Numbered from the whole stretch's first letter, positions 39,101 through 51,224 are shown. The stretch is 63,016 nucleotides of DNA, filler included, from Phoronis australis (GCA_002633005.1; 9 parts of 9 records of this genome joined end to end with filler, not necessarily neighbours in it), one strand, 5' to 3'. Made by a program: numbers and translations. The notes: generated by a model not told the origin, from the sequence alone.

Positions 39101-41499
39101 GCGCAGCACTTAAAAAGTTCCCCCTCTCCTGCCCCCTATGGTGCACCGCCCATGGTTTGATCTATGTTATCTTTTCAGCTCCAGTGGTAGAACCACTTTC
39201 GACTACTTGCCATACAACATTCCACGAGTTTTTTAACAAGGCATTTTGAGTGTTGAAATCGTGTTACATTTTTTCACGGAAAAAAGCTACATTTGGCCTA
39301 AATGATAATGAGAACTAGGCCTACTGTAATCTTTAGTATTTACCTATAAACGTAAATAAAATTATAAAAATGGAAAGTTTACCTTGTAAAAGAACCTATT
39401 GCAGTACTTTGTGTGGCTGACAACATACAATGTTTTTGCCTATTGCCCCGATCTAGGCGGACTGTCCCACTTTTTGATTTTTTCTATCATCCTGCCACAT
39501 CATCTACCAGCTTTTTACCCACGGCCAAATTGACGTATTATCGGATTGTTCAGAAACCTCATCGCTCGCCGCGTGCCTCTAGTCTGCATGAACGTAGCAT
39601 CCGTCCGTCCACTGTTTGATGGGTCCGGATTGGCATTCCACAAGAGGAAGGTTAGATACTGAAGCCAAAGAATTCTCGCTTATTTGACACCGATATGCCT
39701 CATCACGTTTTGGTAGGACCTTATCAGCAAGTCATAAATTTAGTCAAATAACTATAAAACACTATATTTTGTTTCATTAATGGTTTATATTTTCTTCGCG
39801 TAGGAAAATGTGCAAAATTCTATTACCACTTTTCACCAGATAACCATTAATTGGGTCACGTGTCTTTTTGATAAAATTCAACAAAAAGAAGGTACGTCAT
39901 GTTCACGATCGGTTTTCGTTTAGTAATCTTGCTATAAGCATTTGACATGAAACCTCAGAAAAGCTGTTGCGCTTTCCCAAATTATCGCTTAGATTTGGTT
40001 TATACTGTTGTCTACTCGAGCATCGAACAGTAGACAAGTATCTTAAGTTTGCACAAAAATACAAGATGTAGTACAGAAAAGCCCAAATATAATTTCGAGT
40101 TCGACCGATTTCCGGTAAAAGATTACAACCACAGAACATAACTGAACGAAAGTGTACTACCTGAAGAACATGATCCGTACGTGAATACGTCAGTGTCAAC
40201 ATTGGAAGTGCAATAGGCCGCAGCTACACTCCAACTTGCCGTGACAACCGACTGCACGTGCCACAGAAACAAAACTCCGCTCTTGTCAAAGGTATTGGAA
40301 TTAAGTTCTCAACCACCTCTATGGTTTGCAACAGATATCTTGGAATTCTTGGGTAGCGACCACTTTTTCAAGCTACTAAATATCTACCCCTAAACAATGT
40401 CTAGTTCTAGACAGACATTTGCGCATATTATAAGCACTACTTAGCCACCAATATCAGCGATCAGAAATAGAACCTCTATTCTCTAAACGCGTCACTTTAA
40501 GAGACAGGAGTGAATAGTATTTAATGGTTCGTGCGCAGACACTCCTTGCACGTCACTGTTTTCGAATTAAAAAAACAATGGGTCGATTGTAGCCGGCGTT
40601 GTCATGCCTGTTCTAGAAAAAAAACACTTCTCGTTTTTACACCCTTAGTGAAATGTGCGGCTCTCTATTTTACTTTAAGGTGAGCGTTCAAGCCACAAAA
40701 TACTTTAAGGAGGCGAGTAAGAAGCGTGTCAACGATGCTGAGAAATTAAAAAGGGACCTAAATCATGACTTGCTATTCATTGAAGCAAGTTCACATTAAA
40801 CCAGGTGTGTTGGTGGACTTTTTATCGACCAGACGCTTACAACGAGCGTTCACAAAACGTAGGCTGGCGTCGTCTAAGAAATTTCATGCTGATTGATGTC
40901 AGCGTGCAAAACACTGATATTCTAGCCAATCACAGCCGATCATCAAAGACAAACAGGGTCTAACTACAAGCTATTGGAATACAGCATAATTGCAGAAGTT
41001 GCAAGGGAATCTGCCGTCTGGTTTGGTTTAGCGCGATCGCTTAAGACACGCCATGTGAACCGTGCGCGCACGAAGCCTTCAATATGGGGGGCTCGAATTC
41101 CTAACGTTGTGGACCTTTTTGGTAAAAAATTAGCCGGAGGACTAAAAAAAAGAAAACAAAACAAAAAAAGCGAGTAGCCTACGTAATTTTTTTATATATA
41201 ACTTTAAACAACTCAACTGCTTCTGTCTTGCAATTCTCTTTAACTTCCTTTCAACTGACTGTCATAAACCCGTGTCTTGGTATTTATAGTCCCATGCAAT
41301 ATTCTAGAATTTTCACCAATTTAAGCACATTCTAGAACTTTCCGGAATCTACACAATCATTCTGAAAACATATTGTATACTAGGCTCTAAAATGTTCCAT
41401 ATTACACTAATCACTTAGTGCTATAAACTTCTAGAATGTCCAACACTACTCTTTGATAAACAAATTTCATCATCATTGTCCTGACTTCAGGGGACTTGC

Positions 41500-43195
41500 C
41501 AATCAATGACTATCTGCACTTCGACGGTGTTACTGTTAAGCCTGCTCGTTTTACTCTCTGAAACAAATCTCTCAGTGTATGGGTATGTTCTTCTTAGGTG
41601 ACAGTGTGGACTAGCACATCGTGGACATACTGCTCGATATTGTGTGAGCCTGCCAACATTCTCCTCATCATCCTGTAGAATGTAGCCGCTGAGTTCACCA
41701 AACCGAATGGCATTCTGCAGAACTGGTAACAGCCTCCTGGAGTCACAAATGCGGTTTTCTCTTTACTCTTTCGTGGGACCCCTACTCTACTGAAGACCTC
41801 TAACAATGATTAAGCCACACGCTCTGTCTCAATCTTAGATAGCACCACTTCTTCTGGGTACCTGGTGGCGAAATCTACCATTGTGATAAAGTACCTTTTT
41901 CTCTTATCGGAAACTGGAGCTATAAGGCCAATCACATCATTCGCGATCCTTTCAAAGGGCTCCTCCATTAAAGGCAGCTCTCCCAGTGGTACCTTGCTCA
42001 CCTTTCGGAATTGTTTTCTGGTAACTGTCGCATGATCTGCAGAATCGGGTCATTTCTGATGCCATTCCTGGCCAATAGAACTTGCAGGTGATACGACAAA
42101 TTGTCTTCCTAACACCGAGGTATGGACTCATGGGCGAGCCTCAACACGGACTTCCATAAATTGCTCGGCACGAAAAGTTGTTTTACCTCTTAAACAACCG
42201 ATAGAGTATTCCTCGCTGGACCTTCATCACGAAGGACCCCTTGCCTTTGGTCTGTCGTAGAACCTTGGCTTCAGCTTGCTCCCACAGCTTTTTTATTGAT
42301 GAATCTTTATGCTGGGCTTCTTTGAACTGCTTTTGTCCTACCACTTGTATGGTCGGAGATACAGCTAACGGCTTAATATCTGCTTTTTGTCGCTCTGCCT
42401 GAGCCCTGGATGTCACTGCTATCGCTTCCCTGCTGGAATTATCATGATCCGTACCTACTGACATGTCGGCCACCTCCACTCCCTCTGGAGTTGGGGTCAT
42501 TGGGTTCTCCTCTTGGAAAGTAGTACCCTTTTGAGAGTCATCTTTCGGACCCTCCACCAGGCTATTGCCTGTACCGTCCTTGATGACTGTGGTTGCCGTC
42601 TCCTGTCGCTCAACATCCCCGGAGTCCAAGGCGCCAGGTATGTACCCGATAATCAATTCCGCCACTAGACGCGCCATATACATCACAAAAACTTCTTCCG
42701 TGTTGCACGATGTCTTGACGTTGATCTTGCCGATAGGCAGCCATGTCTTGGTTGAGTCCGCCAGCTCGCATGACTACTTTCGGTAGGTCATATCCCCGGG
42801 TTCGTCTACACTGGATCGACCAACAAAAGTTGTGCAGCTGTGTCTCTCAACACCGAGACCTTCTTCGCGCCAACATACTCCTCCTTCGGAGGTAAATTTT
42901 CTTTGGAGGCGCGGTGGTTAAATGCTGTTGACTTTTGAGGTTTCTTCACTTGTGTCCGCTTCCAACAGTTTCTAGCCAGGTGTGCAACTTTGTGACAGAA
43001 GAAGCATTTTTCCTCTACGAAGTCGGTTTTCTTTTGGTCGACTCTTTGGGTGTCTGTCTTGAGTGGTCGTTCTTGGAACCTTTTCATAGACGACTGAGTG
43101 GTTGTTATGTCCACTCCATGGGCCTCAGTATATCTCTCTGCCAAGACCTTAGAACAGGTGTTCACGTACTGCTCACGCACTAACAGGTCTCTCAA
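41500..43195 (-). mobile_element. Internally deleted Gmr1-like Gypsy element (SCAN-like gag, Zn knuckle, protease, integrase, then RT)
   Basis: RDLLVREQYVNTCS; CFFCHKVAHLARNC; VLRDT; PFERIANDVIG..MVDFATRYPE; FSRVGVP fused to KEKTAFVTP..MPFGLVNSAATF..YVHDVLV. Confidence 0.85.
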
Positions 43196-43298
43196 CTCGG
43201 CAATGTCTTTGCCACAGTTGGCGTCACGTTTGTCTTGTGGCGGATAATTTCTCAGGACACAACAACAGATTGAAGTTAACTATAAATCATATATTATT

Positions 43299-43339
<41 letters not shown>
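43299..43339. repeat. (CA)n microsatellite
   Basis: About 20 perfect units. Confidence 0.97.
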
Positions 43340-43340
<1 letters not shown>

Positions 43341-43602
43341 CCTGCACTCCATACAAGCATGTATCATTTATCACACGCTCACAATATTTACCAGTAAACA
43401 GCTAACGTAATCTGGCCCACCAACTAGAGCTACAAAGTCACCCAGTTGTTCTGCCAATGCCAAAAGCACCTCATCTTCATCGTATATTGTATCTGAAGAA
43501 AACAACGCACTAGANAATTGGGAGATGAAAATAATAAGTCACAAATCCTCTCCTTACTCAGACATTCCACTCATATAATCAGCACCAATACTGTCAGTGC
43601 CC

Positions 43603-44103
43603 TTAATAGCCTCTACGTGAAAATAGGAAAATCAATGCCCACCGCATTAAGCGACCTTTGGAGAATTTGCACCTGCAGAGATATACCACTGGCTGATGAT
43701 CAGTCTGTAACGTAAATTCCCGACCATATAGGAAGACACGAAAATGCGCCACCGCCCACACTAGGTCCAAACACTCTCTTTCAACAGTGGAAAATATTTT
43801 CTCTCGTTCTAGAAGTTTGTGAGTAGCATAAGCAACGGGCAACAGTATACTGTCATGGTCCTGGAGCAGTACAACCCCAAGTGCGTTGTCCGACGCATCA
43901 GTCTGCAAATAGAATATTTTCTTTAAGTTAGGCAACTTCAATACAGGGTGGCTAACCAGAATGTTTTTCAACGTCCTAAACGCTATTTCAGCCGGTTCGC
44001 TCCATAACATTTTGTTTGGAGAACCTTTACGTGTCATGTCGGTCAAGGGTATAGCATCTAAGCCAACAAAATCTCTTACTTGTCGCTTCGTAACAAGTGT
44101 CAC
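43603..44103 (-). mobile_element. Gypsy RT connection/RNase H fragment
   Basis: FYLQTDASDNALGVVLLQ, PVAYA, STVERECL, FLYGREFTLQTDHQP, GRLMRWAL. Confidence 0.93.
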
Positions 44104-44282
44104 TGCATTTCTGATTTTATTGGAGTAGAAAACGCCATTTTTGCAACAAACTCGTCCTTAAAAGGAATCTGCCAATATCCTTGGGAGAGATCTGACTGCC
44201 AGCACACAATGTGGCCCGCATGACACTATGTATCTGTTTTAAGTCTTGTGTTCTTGTAAACAGCATATATTATAGCCCCCAG

Positions 44283-44639
44283 TGCCCGGTTGCATGAAAC
44301 AGTCCCAACTAGGGACTCAGTTATGTTTCCTAAATCTGTTTCTGTCATTTCATCTTTATTATGATCTCCTCTTTGACTAAAGACATTTTCTAATAATATA
44401 ATTAAAAAGTGAGCTCTGAATTCAATGAAAACAAATAAGACTTAGTCCTTAAGTTAGGAGCGTTGCATGAAAAGATGAAAAGATCTTTATACCCTTTTGA
44501 GAATTCAACGTCGAGTTCACTCTCGAACCTAAAACAGCATGAGGAAGGACAATCAGTGTTTTCACAAGTCCACAAATACGCGGTAGATTTAGGGAACTTA
44601 GATGAGTTCCTGTTTGGGACTGTTTCATGCAACCGGCCA
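44283..44639. mobile_element. MITE with ~50-bp imperfect terminal inverted repeats
   Basis: tgcccggttgcatgaaacagtcccaa ... ttgggactgtttcatgcaaccggcca; a second copy lies at 60922-61356 in the opposite orientation. Confidence 0.9.
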
Positions 44640-44923
44640 ATTCAAGATTGCGTTCATGAACAATCAGAAAGTTGCTGTGTCCAAATAACTCCGCATTATT
44701 CACGTACTGATAAAAAAGCACCATTTCCGCCGTATACTTATATTATTAATCTGCATTTTGTGTTGGGTTAAAGTAGATAGAGCGCAATTTTGTAAATCGG
44801 CTTGCTTCCACCATAAGGAATACATAACTCGAGTTATAAGTTAGTGTAGTATTTAGCGTTTCCTTCATACAAGTTGTACATTCTCTGCAGCCTAAAATGA
44901 AGTTGCTTCTTGTAGATAGCACT

Positions 44924-46846
44924 TCACACCATGTCAACCTCTGTCTGTGTCTTTGTCAAAACTTCATCGCAAAAATATTGACGAAAACGTTTGTTGCCTG
45001 CGTCAATAAAACCCAATTTAGAAGGATGATAGTAGACTTTGTTGTAGTTCTTGCTGAAGAATCTCCAAGGTTGTTCGCGAAATGAAGACCACTCACTTAG
45101 GCCGCTAAGCTCCAACATCTTGTTCTCACGAAGCATGCATGAACATATAACCATAATAGCACTTTCAAAGTACACTTTCTCTTTCCAAAACACCTGACTG
45201 AGATGTGCAAACTCGGCTGCCCTGGTTGACGGTATATAAAAGATATCCGCTACGCTTTGATTGCTTACAACGTGATAAGAACCATGTCTCCTAATATTTT
45301 CGCTAAAACAACTTTTCAAGACCGGATCATTTGATTCCTTCATCCGGCGCATCGCGTTCTCCAAACCTTGTTTATTTTCCTTATCCCAATGATACCATTT
45401 CTGACGGGCACCGTTGCACCGAATGCATTGCTGCCCATGACTAGAGTTCACTGGCTTTAGTGTATCGTGAGCAGGAAGTGAACAATTGACGATTTTGCAC
45501 TCCTTTAACGTATGGAAATCCACGCTTGGTACAACGTCATCACATTTAGCTTGGAACCACATCTGATCTCGCGGCAATTGCCTGAGATTCCAAAAGTTCA
45601 TCTGTACATCATCTCCTAAAACTAAATATCCGTGGATTCCGCTGTAGCTCATTTCAGCAGCTAATTTCAAGCAAATGTGACTGCAGCCTTGGCATTTCCT
45701 TCCTCCACAACCACAGTGGTAATCCGGTAGCTCAACATATGATGCGGAGTATTGTCTAAATAACGATTCCTGTGATAGAGAGCCGTCACTCGTCTGCTGG
45801 GGACCACAATATAATATGTTAGGAAATATGGGTCTGTATAGAGCCTCGATATATTTAATAGAGTTGTAATGATTTGGCCGAACAAACCAAACTATCAACA
45901 GAATGTCATTGAACTGTTGTTGAAGCTTGACAAGAGAAGTGGCCGAAAACGAAGACACATTTCCACACGTCTTTAAATTCAATTCATCAACCAAGTGCAT
46001 GTTCTGGTACAGGACGTTTCTGTTATCTTGTTTTGACCAATCCTCAATAACAGACGGTGAAAACCTGTAACGCCTTTTGCTACATTGTATAGTCCCTTTC
46101 CTCCTAAGTCGAATCACTTTGGTTACATCATAACCAATCCTTGATAAACTTTCAAACCAAATAAGGACGTCTAATCGAAACTGCCCACTTAGAAGGCCTT
46201 CCTCTATGAACATGTCTACCAGTCTTTCTGTCAGGTCTTTAACACTTGACACCACTTTTCTATTCATTTTACCAAGAAATGTTTTTTGTAGTCTCAAAAA
46301 ACGATTCCACGTCTCTGTACGTCCTTTGCTACTCAAGCCAGAATGAAGACCGGGCGCAAAGACAGAATGGCGATTTACTAGTTTCAGCAACATTTGCAGG
46401 AAAAATCCCATCACCTCGGTCGATTCTTGCTCAGCTGGTAACAGGACGACAAAACCAAGCCAAAATGCTTCTTCAAATAGTACTATGTTCTTTACCGGTG
46501 CCTCATACAACACTCCGTTGTGATTTGACCACAAAAGAGGCGAGTGGCTGCGTGCTGCTTGTATAGGAGATTTTGTATGTTTACTAATGAAATTTACCAA
46601 CAATGGCGTCAATCGTGTCTCACAAGAAGTATAATCGCGCATTAGTACATTGGTATCGTTATTTTGGGCGCAACCGCCCTGGCTCATTTCATGGCACCAA
46701 AAGTGACATTCAGGATTGATTCGTGTATTCGCATTTGTGGCGTGAGTCAAAACTGTCAAACTGCCGTCTGGTTTTGGCGATATTAGTGACTTTTCTATTA
46801 CATCTGGGGGGAAAGCTCTTCCGACGTATATTGCTCTGGCGCCATT
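44924..46846 (-). CDS. STELLO/DUF288-like glycosyltransferase, large terminal exon
   Basis: Frame open from the acceptor cacatttcag| (46846) to the stop at 44924; motifs NGARAIY, LFEEAFW, DILLIVWF...IEALYRPIFPNILYCG, GYLVLGDDVQMNFWNL, ADIFYIP..EF..LS.VF...VYFESAI, YYHPSKL. Confidence 0.85.
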   Translation of the reverse strand, partial: NGARAIYVGRAFPPDVIEKSLISPKPDGSLTVLTHATNANTRINPECHFWCHEMSQGGCAQNNDTNVLMRDYTSCETRLTPLLVNFISKHTKSPIQAARSHSPLLWSNHNGVLYEAPVKNIVLFEEAFWLGFVVLLPAEQESTEVMGFFLQMLLKLVNRHSVFAPGLHSGLSSKGRTETWNRFLRLQKTFLGKMNRKVVSSVKDLTERLVDMFIEEGLLSGQFRLDVLIWFESLSRIGYDVTKVIRLRRKGTIQCSKRRYRFSPSVIEDWSKQDNRNVLYQNMHLVDELNLKTCGNVSSFSATSLVKLQQQFNDILLIVWFVRPNHYNSIKYIEALYRPIFPNILYCGPQQTSDGSLSQESLFRQYSASYVELPDYHCGCGGRKCQGCSHICLKLAAEMSYSGIHGYLVLGDDVQMNFWNLRQLPRDQMWFQAKCDDVVPSVDFHTLKECKIVNCSLPAHDTLKPVNSSHGQQCIRCNGARQKWYHWDKENKQGLENAMRRMKESNDPVLKSCFSENIRRHGSYHVVSNQSVADIFYIPSTRAAEFAHLSQVFWKEKVYFESAIMVICSCMLRENKMLELSGLSEWSSFREQPWRFFSKNYNKVYYHPSKLGFIDAGNKRFRQYFCDEVLTKTQTEVDMV

Positions 46847-46993
46847 CTGAAATGTGGAGAAAGAAGCATGAGTAGTTTTTATTGTTTAACACACGGTCTA
46901 TAAACTATTGTGATAATGCTGAAATTTTCTTACACCGAGGTTGCGTTTTAGAATATACGCTTACTTGTGTCATTTAGATAGAACATTTCCTAC

Positions 46994-47126
46994 CATAACT
47001 GCATACAGATATGCAGCTTTCTTCATTGTGTCCTTTTTGTTGACTTTATAGCTGCTCTCATGGTGAGATAGTGCTCCTTTGCCCCACATAGAGTTTACAG
47101 TTATCTTTGAAGGCCTGCACGAAGTC
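46994..47126 (-). CDS. STELLO/DUF288-like glycosyltransferase, upstream internal exon
   Basis: aactttcag| acceptor and atg|gtagga donor; encodes ...KKDTMKKAAYLYAVM, which splices in frame over a 147-bp intron to NGARAIY and rebuilds the family motif K..GYLYAIQHGA..IY. Confidence 0.8.
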
Positions 47127-47226
47127 CTGAAAGTTGATGTGAATGAAGTAGTTTAAAGTCATATGATCCGTTTGTAGACGTTTTAAAAACATCGTGAATC
47201 TGCATAAAAACCATTGAAACATACTC

Positions 47227-47326
47227 NNNNNNNNNNNNNNNNNNNNNNNNNNNNNNNNNNNNNNNNNNNNTTAATTAATTAANNNNNNNNNNNNNNNNNN
47301 NNNNNNNNNNNNNNNNNNNNNNNNNN
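47227..47326. other. Artificial contig linker
   Basis: Same N44-TTAATTAATTAA-N44 structure. Confidence 0.98.
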
Positions 47327-47995
47327 GCCACAGTAGTCCAAATCGTCTGAAAATCATTGTCAGCTGTCTTCCTTATAGTAAGCACATACACGCCAATTTT
47401 CAGTCATCCTTTGAGCGGTTTGGTTGATAGAGGGGTGGACGCAAAAATACACACTCGAAAACAGTAAAAATGGCCACTAGGTGGCGCAAACTATGTCGAA
47501 TCCATCTGAAAACAGGAGGATAGCGTCATCTCACTAATAGGTGCCTACATACCAAATTTCATGAAAATCCATTCAGGACTTTTGAAGATACAAAGGTAAG
47601 CGTAAAAAACTAAAACTGCCACTAGGGGGCACACTGATAGTCGGATCTGTCCAAAAGTTGTCATCTTCCGTTGTTAACATCATATAAATGTACTTACACA
47701 ATTTCGTAAAGATCCTGCGAATGGTTTAGGAGATACAGCCATAGGCGCAAAAAAAAAAAACTGCTACTAGGAGGGGCCACAGTAGTCGAAATCGTCGGAA
47801 AATCATAGTCAACCGTCCTCTACATAGTAAGCATATACATGCCAATTTTCACAATCATCCTTTGAGCGGTTTGGTAGATAGAGGGGTGGACGCACAAAAA
47901 CAGACTCGAAAACACTCAAAATGGCCACTAGGTGGCGCAAACTATGTCGAATCCATCTGAAAACGGCAGGATAGCGTCATCTCACTAATAGGTGA
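47327..47995. repeat. Satellite-like tandem array, ~150-bp monomers in a ~450-bp higher-order unit
   Basis: Unit restarts at 47327 and 47776; gccactagRKggc motif at 47473, 47618, 47763 and 47924; each monomer has a caatttt/aatttc..atcc block; runs into the contig start. Confidence 0.85.
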
Positions 47996-49966
47996 CTCCT
48001 CACTATACCGTTACTTACGGTACTTAGACGTTACTTTAAAACGTAAAAAGGTGGTTGGCTGCAACTATGTGCGCTTATGCCCCACTATACCGTAACTTAC
48101 AGAGGGTAGGCGCTACGTTAAAAAGCAAAAAGTCGGTTAACTGCGTATTCTTCATACGTTCTAATGAATGTCTTACCTAGACCTAGTCGGCACGCCTACC
48201 TTGTTCCCAATTTACAAGAATGCAAATTTCTTTCCGCTCTGATTGTTAAAGTCACCCTAGGGCCCTATTGTACTAGTGAAACATGGAACTTTTGCAATTT
48301 GATTTTGATTTGGCTCCGACTAACACCGATTTTACCCATTTATTTAACATTTAAGTCGATCTTAAAGGGAATTTCTCATATAATCCCAAATTGGAATGTG
48401 ACATTACACAAATGCCCTGAACTGACTAGATACGAAAGACTATCACTCTCATAACAGATTTCTGCATTGTTTTAGTTTTGGTAATTTGCAATTAAAAATT
48501 GTGAGTAACGGTGACACGAATTTGCATGCCATGACGCAAAAATGAGTCATGCAACGCACCAGTGCGTCACGTAATCAAAATATGTATCATACCACGCAGA
48601 TACCCTTCATGTCACTCTTAAATGATTCCATTTCAATTGCGCCGATTCATAAATGGACTGCAATTGAATCCAGAGCTGTACGCATGCATGTGTAATAAAA
48701 GTGTGCAAGTTTCCCATTTCAGGTAGAGCGTGTAACGCAAGCTACAGCCTGTTTCCATTCGTTTTGGACAATAAGGGATTAGAAGCTTTTAAATCATCAC
48801 ACTGCTTTGTAACATTTCACACGTTGTTCAAAGGTCTGCTAAAAATTATTGTCATCGCAAAAATTATGCGGCCACTTAACTCCAACTGACCAAGCATTTC
48901 ACTCCCAGATGGTCACCTGACCACGGTTTTCTCATCGACCAGGGCGGGTTTTTTCGTTTCTAACCATTCCATTAGTGTCTGGTTTATTTTTGAAGCCCGT
49001 TACCAAACGTACCAATTTTCCGATACTAACTTTTTCTAACATATTCTGATGTGAGGAAATAATCGAACACACATTTTTTTTCTCTCGCTTTGTGCGATTT
49101 TCTATGCTTTTTGAACTAGAATCAGGCGACTCAGGATTGCCGCTATTTTCTACTTCTGTAGTCTTAGTACTTTTCTCGCATGTGAGTAGACAAGATCGGT
49201 GATTGTGAAATGTCTTAACTATAAAGTATTAATTGATTTCATTACTGATTATAGTTATTTAAACATTTAAACATTAAAATATAAGAACGAAGAAAAACAT
49301 TTTCAACATTTATTTCCAAGTACATCTGAAGATCTTGAAAATCAGTGTACACCAATAATCACAAAAACAAAGACCTTCACTAAATAATCACATTTTTGCT
49401 AGAAAGTGAACCATATCCAAGTAATAACTATGGCTACTCATGAACCATTTCAACCACCACGTTATTGTTTGTCAAAAAACGGTAGTACAAGACATAACAT
49501 AGCTAATAAAACTGAGAGAAGTTGTTTGAGAAGAATATTTACGATCAAGGTAACATTTACAATCTACACCAATATCAAATAGGCTACTACTTTGTACAAA
49601 ACACATACCCTATTAATGCAAACACCAGGCAGCACTTACAAATATGAATGAAGTCACATTTCATAGAAAAAAAGATCATTGTTTTAATCAGTTAAAAGGT
49701 CTATTACAGAATATAGTCTCATAGTACAAACAATTTGTTGCATTCAGTTTTAAGCCAGGTGCATAATTGGGGCTTGGAGAAATCGCATAACATGAGCCAG
49801 AAAATCTGCACCAAATAATAATAATGGATAAACATAAAACAGGGATTAGACACTTACCCATGACACCATGAACCAATTGTATTACATCACGAAAAGTTCA
49901 CTGATATTTTTCAAACCTACTTTTATAGCCCTAACATTGGCAAGGTGTGTGTCAAAAGATGAAATT

Positions 49967-50066
49967 NNNNNNNNNNNNNNNNNNNNNNNNNNNNNNNNNN
50001 NNNNNNNNNNTTAATTAATTAANNNNNNNNNNNNNNNNNNNNNNNNNNNNNNNNNNNNNNNNNNNN
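49967..50066. other. Artificial contig linker
   Basis: Same N44-TTAATTAATTAA-N44 structure. Confidence 0.98.
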
Positions 50067-50569
50067 TCATTCATTGTCATCCGTCAAATCGGCAATTTCC
50101 GAGATGTGATCTGCGGCGTGCGCGTATGTGTACAAAACACGTGATTGTTATGTTCCTGAAGTACGAAAATTAAGAAACTTTAGCATGCCGTTATTATTGA
50201 CAGGGACACGATAAAACGAATTTGGATTTTGACTGTAGTCTTGATACAGCTAGCTGACTCATGACCACTGCGTCAGTGTCTAAGTTAGACCCAGAAATTT
50301 CACACAGTCCGGGTAGTTCACCTCGTCCCCAACAAGTTATTTGTCCGTCTTATTTGATTGGTTAATTCGTGTTTCTCTAGACAATCTCTCTCTCTATATA
50401 TATATACTGTTTCACTTGTTCGTAGTATTACATGTAGCAGTTGTTTTTCCGCATTGAGAGTTCTTCTCCTCATGTAACGTTTGTAGTCTTCAATATACTG
50501 ATCAACACTCATATCTTGTTCTTGCCTACGAACCACCATAGCCAAAATTCAACGGGAAATGTGTTTTAC

Positions 50570-50640
50570 CACAAAATGGATCCGAACAGGAGCATCTCTG
50601 GGCTTCATCACGTGGTCCACTTGTATAATTTGGACTTGTA
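50570..50640 (-). CDS. Next C3/TEP exon (MG2)
   Basis: ctttcag| acceptor and gtg|gtaaaa donor; 71 bp, phase 1 to 0; spliced reading VQVQIIQVDHVMKPRDAPVRIHFV parallels C3 [24 protein letters not shown]. Confidence 0.75.
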
Positions 50641-51023
50641 CTGAAAGATTACAAAAACAGACCAACATGTGATTAAAGATAACAGAATTTACTTACCTTA
50701 GTCACAAGTTACTTACCCCACAATCAGATGCTTGGTGCGAGTGTACGATTATCTGTACATACTGCAGACAAATATCTTCAGAACAAACGTTGACCTGTCT
50801 GTTTATCATACATGTATGTATAGTTAGACTGAAGAACAGTTCGAGACAATTTCATAGAGCTAAGTCGTGGTCTAAATACTGTTTGTAAGGGAATAGTGTC
50901 TTGGGCTATTTTGATGTTGGTTAAATGGTAGTTTTGCTGTTTCATCAGTAAATGACGAACTCACCGTTTTTTGGGCACAGGTGTGAATTTCAATTTATGC
51001 ATCTGAGACGGGTAAACACAAAC

Positions 51024-51224
51024 CTTGCTGACTGGGAGCATATATCGGCTTGTCAAGCTGTATAAAGACCAGTCCATTTTGAGGGGTGACCAGGATCTCG
51101 ACTTCTTGTTCAAACTGAAGCTCGCTGGAGGCGCCCTTAGCTTTTAAGAGTACAAAATGCTCTTTGAAGAGACGTGTGTACGGATTGTTGGAGGGTGCCA
51201 TGATTTTGAGCTCAGTTGGAACTC
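51024..51224 (-). CDS. Complement C3 / thioester-protein (A2M family) exon, MG1-MG2 boundary
   Basis: tttctacag| acceptor and caag|gtttgt donor, phase 1 to 1; encodes ...FEQEVEILVTPQNGLVFIQLDKPIYAPSQQ (FIQTDKPIY.P motif). Confidence 0.85.

Noticed and set aside
44924-46759. ORF-track start at 46759 (TTG) as an intronless bacterial-style gene
   Set aside because: The frame is open to a splice acceptor at 46846 and the family motif is completed by an upstream exon
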